Part shown: positions 38,724 to 43,360 of the stretch, one piece after another | How the letters are laid out: every line of letters begins with the position of its first letter | How positions within the stretch are numbered: the first letter of the stretch is position 1 | NCBI GenBank assembly: GCA_041602195.1 | Contig: JBFIGS010000001.1 | Coordinates: forward strand, 1-43,360 | Source of the DNA: Sediminicola sp. | Lineage (GTDB): Bacteria > Bacteroidota > Bacteroidia > Flavobacteriales > Flavobacteriaceae | Length of the DNA: 43,360 nt | Direction of reading: 5' to 3' | Position numbers and translations under genes: made by a program | Notes under the pieces: model-generated | The model's database searches: none | Told to the model about the DNA's origin: nothing | Seen by the model: the letters and a program-made list of their open reading frames with translations, nothing else

Positions 38724-39389
38724 TCAATGCGAATCCGTTTTTAAAAGTTCTGGAAATTTTTTCTGGAACCTTTTTAATCTAGGAACGGAAACACCTTGAA
38801 TATATGGGTTGTTAGGATGTTTCCTTTCATAATCCTGATGATAATCTTCCGCAATATAGAATTTAGTAAACGGGGATACTTCTGTTACAATTGGGTTATT
38901 GTAGACCTTGTCCTTTGTTAATTTGGCTATATAGTCCACAATTATTTTTTTCTCCCCTTCATTTTTATAGAAAGCAACAGATCTGTATTGTGCCCCTCTG
39001 TCTGGCCCTTGTTTGTTTAAGGTAGTTGGGTCTTGGGATCCAAAGAATACCTTTACCAAGGTTTCATAAGAAACCACCTTTGGGTTGTAATATACTTCAA
39101 CGGCCTCGGCATGGCTAGTCTGTCCCATTGCGACTTGTTCATAAGTGGGATTCAATTCAGTGCCTCCTGCATAGCCAGATATCACCTCCTTAACACCTTT
39201 GACACTTTCAAAAACAGCCTCCACACACCAAAAACAGCCACTGGCAAAATAAGCCGTTTCATATTCTTTAAGGTCTTGGGCACCATAAGCTACCTTATCA
39301 ACCTGTGGTTTTTGATCTTTATTTTTTGACTGGCAGCTAGTGCTGAACAAGGCAATGGCACTTACCATAATAATTTTAAGCATCTTCAT
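38724..39389 (-). CDS. msrA: Peptide-methionine (S)-S-oxide reductase, probable lipoprotein
   Basis: GCFWC, GYAGG, HAE, QYRS, AEDYHQDY; lipobox STSC. Confidence 0.95.
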   Translation of the reverse strand: MKMLKIIMVSAIALFSTSCQSKNKDQKPQVDKVAYGAQDLKEYETAYFASGCFWCVEAVFESVKGVKEVISGYAGGTELNPTYEQVAMGQTSHAEAVEVYYNPKVVSYETLVKVFFGSQDPTTLNKQGPDRGAQYRSVAFYKNEGEKKIIVDYIAKLTKDKVYNNPIVTEVSPFTKFYIAEDYHQDYERKHPNNPYIQGVSVPRLKRFQKKFPELLKTDSH

Positions 39390-39429
39390 GGTTTCTTTCT
39401 TTTAATAGTAGTCTGAATTTACAAATACT

Positions 39430-39456
39430 TACGAAGTATGATGTTAAAAGGTTTTA
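39430..39456 (-). promoter_or_regulatory. Candidate ECF sigma promoter for msrA
   Basis: Minus strand reads TAAAAC-N17-CGTA, 40 nt upstream of the ATG. Confidence 0.45.
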
Positions 39457-39515
39457 AAGTTTTGATCTATTCTATATTTCAAGTTAGACTTTAAAAAGAT
39501 TTCATGAATTCCCTT

Positions 39516-39523
39516 TATATTTG
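39516..39523 (+). promoter_or_regulatory. Housekeeping -7 box
   Basis: TATATTTG upstream of the M28 peptidase. Confidence 0.45.
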
Positions 39524-39591
39524 AAAGGAAAGAATCTGGTTATCGGTCTTTACAATAGAACGGCCAATTAATAGTATAAACAACACCAAAT

Positions 39592-41688
39592 ATGAGAAGA
39601 TTATTAGTACACATTGTCCTATTTTCATTCAGTTATTTAGCAACTGCACAATCCAATGATGGTTTTCTGGCCCAGTCACAGACCAAGGAAAAACAAGTGG
39701 AGGATTATTTCTTGGAAACTGTCGATTTTGATCAGTATAAGATACATCTAAAGACATTGACCCAAAAACCACACGTGGCCGGAAGTAAGGCCAATGAGGA
39801 AGTGAGGGATTATATGGCCAATGTCATGAAAAATGCGGGGATGAAAGTAGATCTATATCCCTATGACATCTATATGTCCAAAAACCCTGGAACCTCCTTA
39901 ATAGAATTGGTTACACCTATCCGGGAACCCCTGAACCAACAAGAGTTTATTTTGGAAGGTGATGCCTATTCTTCCAGTGCCGACCTATGGAAAGGTTGGA
40001 ATGCCTATTCGGGCAGTGGGGATGTAACGGCAGAAGTGGTGTATGCCAATTATGGTACCAAGGAAGACTTTGAAAAATTGAAGGAACTCGGCGTTTCCGT
40101 TAAGGGCAAAATTGTCTTGGCCAGATATGGAAAAAACTTTAGGGGCTATAAAGCAAAATTTGCGGAGGAAAATGGTGCGGCCGGACTCATTATATATACT
40201 GATCCGGCAGATAGTGGTTTTACAAAAGGATTGGTGTACCCAGAAGGAGTGTATTCCAATGAAAGTGCCATACAACGTGGGTCTGTTCTTACAGAGGAAT
40301 TTACAGGAGATCCTTTGACCCCTTATGAGCCTGCTCTTCCTTTGGATGGAAAGAAAAAAATTAAACGCCTGGATCCCAAGGATACCAATATGCATACCAT
40401 TCCGGTAACACCTATTGGTTACGGGTCTGCCCAAAAAATATTGGGACTAATGTCCGGGAAGGTAGTTCCGGAAGGCTGGCAAGGCGGACTTCCTTTTACT
40501 TATCGATTGGATGGGGGAGATGAATTGAAATTGCGTTTGATGGTGGATCAAAAAAGGGATTTTGTAAGGGTCCATAATGTAGTGGGTACCATAAAGGGTA
40601 CTGAATATCCTGATGAATGGATAATTCTAGGATGCCATTATGATGCTTGGGGGTACGGAGCTACCGATCCCAATAGTGGAACGGCCATGTTATTGGGTCT
40701 TAGCGAATCGTTGGGAAAACTAGCCAAAGAAGGAAAAGGACCAAAGCGCTCCATATTGATTGCACATTGGGATGCCGAAGAGCATGGGGTAATCGGTTCG
40801 GCGGAATGGGTAGAACAAATGAAAGATGAACTAAACGCCAAGGCCGTGGCCTATCTCAATTTTGATGGGGGAGTATCTGGTAAGAATTTTGGGGCATCGG
40901 CCTCTCCTACTTTAAAGAAGGTACTGGTTGAAGCTTCCAAGGAAGTGAATTATCCAGAAACGGATAAAACGGTTTACGAGGTATGGAAAGGAGATAATGA
41001 CGCTCCCAAAATAGGAAACCTGGGTGGTGGCTCGGATCATATAGGATTTTATATGCATGTGGGAGTACCTTCCTTAAGTGGTGGTACATCTGGACCAACA
41101 TTGTATCATACCAATTATGACAGTTTTGGTTTTTATGAAAAATTTGTAGACCCATCATTTAAAATGGGGCCTATGGTAGAGCAACTGGTAGGAATAATGA
41201 CCCTGAGGTTGGCCAATGCGGAAATCATCCCATACGATGTAAAAAGATATGCAACGGACCTTAAGTTGCATTTTGAAAAGGCAACTGCCGGTGTAAAGTC
41301 ATTTGACAAAAATTTTGAGGGTTTTGGTCTTGTGGATTCTTCACTTGTGAAATTAGAGGAGGTTGCTGCCCGATTCGAAACTAGGTTGACCACTGTGTTG
41401 AACAACAGTAGTCTGTCTAAAAATGAGATCAAATCTATCAATTCAAAAATGCTGGCCCTAGAAAAAAGCTTTATAGATTCTAAGGGGATGTATTATGGGG
41501 ATTGGTACAAATCCCTTTACGCTTCTACAGATCCGTTCAGTGGCTATGCTTCATGGATGCTTCCGGGGATAGAATATGAAATATCCCTAAAATCTTCAGA
41601 CCGACTAGAGGAATGGGACATGCGATATAGCAAGGCTATTGATAATTTAAGCGGTAAGATCAATGTTTTGATATCTGAATTGAACTAA
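39592..41688 (+). CDS. Secreted M28 peptidase, glutamate carboxypeptidase II-like (PA and TfR-dimer domains)
   Basis: PHVAGS, YANYG, GCHYDAW, DPNSGT, WDAEE, GSD, YHTNYD. Confidence 0.92.
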   Translation: MRRLLVHIVLFSFSYLATAQSNDGFLAQSQTKEKQVEDYFLETVDFDQYKIHLKTLTQKPHVAGSKANEEVRDYMANVMKNAGMKVDLYPYDIYMSKNPGTSLIELVTPIREPLNQQEFILEGDAYSSSADLWKGWNAYSGSGDVTAEVVYANYGTKEDFEKLKELGVSVKGKIVLARYGKNFRGYKAKFAEENGAAGLIIYTDPADSGFTKGLVYPEGVYSNESAIQRGSVLTEEFTGDPLTPYEPALPLDGKKKIKRLDPKDTNMHTIPVTPIGYGSAQKILGLMSGKVVPEGWQGGLPFTYRLDGGDELKLRLMVDQKRDFVRVHNVVGTIKGTEYPDEWIILGCHYDAWGYGATDPNSGTAMLLGLSESLGKLAKEGKGPKRSILIAHWDAEEHGVIGSAEWVEQMKDELNAKAVAYLNFDGGVSGKNFGASASPTLKKVLVEASKEVNYPETDKTVYEVWKGDNDAPKIGNLGGGSDHIGFYMHVGVPSLSGGTSGPTLYHTNYDSFGFYEKFVDPSFKMGPMVEQLVGIMTLRLANAEIIPYDVKRYATDLKLHFEKATAGVKSFDKNFEGFGLVDSSLVKLEEVAARFETRLTTVLNNSSLSKNEIKSINSKMLALEKSFIDSKGMYYGDWYKSLYASTDPFSGYASWMLPGIEYEISLKSSDRLEEWDMRYSKAIDNLSGKINVLISELN

Positions 41689-41713
41689 AAATTAATCAAA
41701 GCCACATTAATAT

Positions 41714-42400
41714 ATGTCCATATTAACCCCCTTGGAAAGATCACTTCAAAATTACAGCAGTGCTTTTATATCAATCTTGGAACCCTTTCTTTTGGAGCAC
41801 TATACGCCATTGGACCTATCTACGGAAAACACTTCTCTGGATGGGGTTGATATTACCAATGCAGAAGCTTGTCAAAGACATATAGATTCCATTTTGAGGA
41901 AGAATAGGGCAGAGGTAGCCTATGGTGGTTATTTGGAACAAAGAAACTTGTACAATGGGAACGGACATTTTTTAGCATCTGAAGATAAACGGAACGTTCA
42001 TTTGGGAATGGATTTTTGGGCCAAGGCAGGAACATGGGTGCGGGTGCCGATTGCCGGGAAGGTCCATAGTTTTAGGAATAATGATACTTCAGGCGATTAT
42101 GGTCCGACCATCGTTTTAGAACATATTTTAGAGGGGATTAAATTCCATACCCTCTATGGACATTTGTCCGTAGAATCCTTGAACGGACTGTTTGTGGGAA
42201 AAGAATATGTCAAGGGGGAAATACTTGCATCATTGGGGACGCCCGAAATCAACGTAAACTATGCCCCACACCTCCATTTTCAGATTATTGAGGATATAGG
42301 CGAATACAAAGGGGACTATCCGGGGGTTTCTACTACAAAAGAGTTGGAATATTTCGCCAACAATTGTCCGAATCCCAATTTTTTATTGAAGGTGAATTAG
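41714..42400 (+). CDS. M23 family metallopeptidase without signal peptide
   Basis: HLGMD (HxxxD), LYGHL, PHLHFQ (HxH). Confidence 0.88.
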   Translation: MSILTPLERSLQNYSSAFISILEPFLLEHYTPLDLSTENTSLDGVDITNAEACQRHIDSILRKNRAEVAYGGYLEQRNLYNGNGHFLASEDKRNVHLGMDFWAKAGTWVRVPIAGKVHSFRNNDTSGDYGPTIVLEHILEGIKFHTLYGHLSVESLNGLFVGKEYVKGEILASLGTPEINVNYAPHLHFQIIEDIGEYKGDYPGVSTTKELEYFANNCPNPNFLLKVN

Positions 42401-42408
42401 GGTCATAC

Positions 42409-42579
42409 CGATTAACTACCTATTAATCCGATAAGTGATTTTAACTTCAAATTCACTTATCGGATTTTTTTTGCACTTCAACCAAACTTTTGTCAATAGC
42501 CGAAAAATAAGGGGTTTGAGCGAGTTTAGAAGATCATAGCCTACATGCTGTGGTACCTTTACAGAACAAAACCCAAGTC
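42409..42579 (+). promoter_or_regulatory. Upstream region copy A (homologous to 43129-43304)
   Basis: Shares CGATTAACT, TTTGTCA, CCGAAAAATAAGGG and AACAAAAC at near-identical spacing with copy B. Confidence 0.65.
42425..42472 (+). terminator. Terminator-like hairpin, overlapping conserved upstream boxes of the next gene
   Basis: AATCCGATAAGTGA-N14-TCACTTATCGGATT running into a T-tract. Confidence 0.65.
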
Positions 42580-42828
42580 ATGAAAACTATTTTAACATTC
42601 GTCTTTATCCTTTTTATCGGAGTTGTTGCCCAAGCACAGGAAACAACAAATGACATTAAAGTTGAGAATGTTGAAACTACCATCGTTACTTCTAATACCT
42701 CTACCAAGTATAACGAAGTATCTACAGAGAACAACAACGAGGTTGCTCGTTTGTACAAGTTCAAAAATGCAAGAGTTTTGAAGGCTTTGACCTTTACTAC
42801 CAAAAGAAACAATGCTAAATTGGCCTAA
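42580..42828 (+). CDS. 82-aa secreted microprotein, paralog A
   Basis: ATG at 42580; Sec signal MKTILTFVFILFIGVVAQA; a paralogous start at 43305 with several synonymous differences supports coding. Confidence 0.85.
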   Translation: MKTILTFVFILFIGVVAQAQETTNDIKVENVETTIVTSNTSTKYNEVSTENNNEVARLYKFKNARVLKALTFTTKRNNAKLA

Positions 42829-42830
42829 TC

Positions 42831-42938
42831 ATGGTTGAAATCATTCTGAGTACTGGTTTACTGTATTATGTATATTCTGTAATAGCACCAAAACTTCACA
42901 AAAGGCACTTAAGAACCATAAAGGTTAGAAGCAAGTAA
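42831..42938 (+). CDS. Putative 35-aa single-TM microprotein
   Basis: MVEIILSTGLLYYVYSVIAPKLHKRHLRTIKVRSK; ATG 2 nt after the upstream stop; hydrophobic N-terminal half and basic tail. Confidence 0.5.
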   Translation: MVEIILSTGLLYYVYSVIAPKLHKRHLRTIKVRSK

Positions 42939-42999
42939 AAGACATCGATTCCTGAATACATAGGTGGACCTCTTAGGCAATGAAAGTTGATTTAGGCCG

Positions 43000-43101
43000 C
43001 TATTGCTTTTTGGATAGACTTCGGTGAGTAAGTAGGATGATATGACTAAATAGGTCCTTCCCATCGAAACTGTTCCTCGTAAAACACCCAAAAAGCAATA
43101 G
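43000..43101. repeat. Long imperfect hairpin closed by a perfect 14-bp inverted repeat
   Basis: CTATTGCTTTTTGG (43000-43013) pairs with CCAAAAAGCAATAG (43088-43101), with nested inner pairings. Confidence 0.7.
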
Positions 43102-43128
43102 GAAGTAATGTGTACGGTTATGCTGTAT

Positions 43129-43304
43129 CGATTAACTGCACAAAATATCGGTAACCGATATTTTGTGCCATTGCCGTTTGTCGACCTTTTATTACACTTT
43201 GTCCCATCCTTTGTCAGATACCGAAAAATAAGGGACTTTAGACGAATTACATCGAGTTCAAATACACAATGGGCGTTCTACTTATATAACAAAACGTTAC
43301 CATT
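43129..43304 (+). promoter_or_regulatory. Upstream region copy B (homologous to 42409-42579)
   Basis: Same ordered boxes as copy A, offsets within 1-2 nt. Confidence 0.65.
43138..43168. repeat. 31-bp palindrome
   Basis: GCACAAAATATCGGT-A-ACCGATATTTTGTGC. Confidence 0.85.
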
Positions 43305-43360
43305 ATGAAAGCCATCTTAACTTTAATCTTTGTTCTTTTTATCGGAGTTGCTGCCCAGGC
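43305..43360 (+). CDS. Partial secreted microprotein, paralog B, running off the window edge
   Basis: MKAILTLIFVLFIGVAAQ(A); 46/56 nt and 13/18 aa identical to the start of paralog A. Confidence 0.85.
   Translation, partial: MKAILTLIFVLFIGVAAQ

Noticed and set aside
42534-42812. 92-aa minus-strand ORF
   Set aside because: Shadow of the plus-strand microprotein, which is supported by a signal peptide and a paralog.
43000-43101. Retron msr/msd-like inverted-repeat RNA
   Set aside because: No reverse transcriptase gene in the window; kept only as a generic hairpin.
42909-43308. ORF-track entries 42909-43091 (-) and 43108-43308 (+)
   Set aside because: They run across the hairpin, palindrome and duplicated upstream boxes and have no protein-like features.
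1-43360. tRNA, rRNA, CRISPR array, prophage or riboswitch
   Set aside because: Intergenic regions are short and I saw no cloverleaf, repeat-spacer array or recognisable aptamer by eye; an Rfam scan was not run.

Overview
AT-rich Bacteroidota chromosome segment, most likely a Flavobacteriaceae member. This is inferred from gene content and from many TAnnTTTG -7 promoter boxes. It is mostly core and housekeeping genes (uvrB, ctaA, cca, tsaC, dapD, ruvX, def, mazG, meaB, msrA), mixed with envelope glycosyltransferases, secreted hydrolases and transporters. I found no rRNA, tRNA, CRISPR array, integrase or transposase. The least explained region is the right end (about 42.4-43.36 kb). It holds two tandem paralogous signal-peptide microprotein genes, each preceded by a homologous ~170-nt upstream region of repeated boxes at conserved spacing. 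Between them lie a 35-aa hydrophobic/basic ORF missed by the ORF track, a ~100-nt hairpin closed by a perfect 14-bp inverted repeat, and a 31-bp palindrome. Other points of interest are an unannotated protein with HipA/PI3K-like kinase motifs, a convergent PAP2-ArnT / GT2-flippase lipid-carrier glycosylation module, a DUF1919 gene wedged between ruvX and def, and ECF-type promoter candidates. All product calls come from motif recognition by eye; no searches were run.
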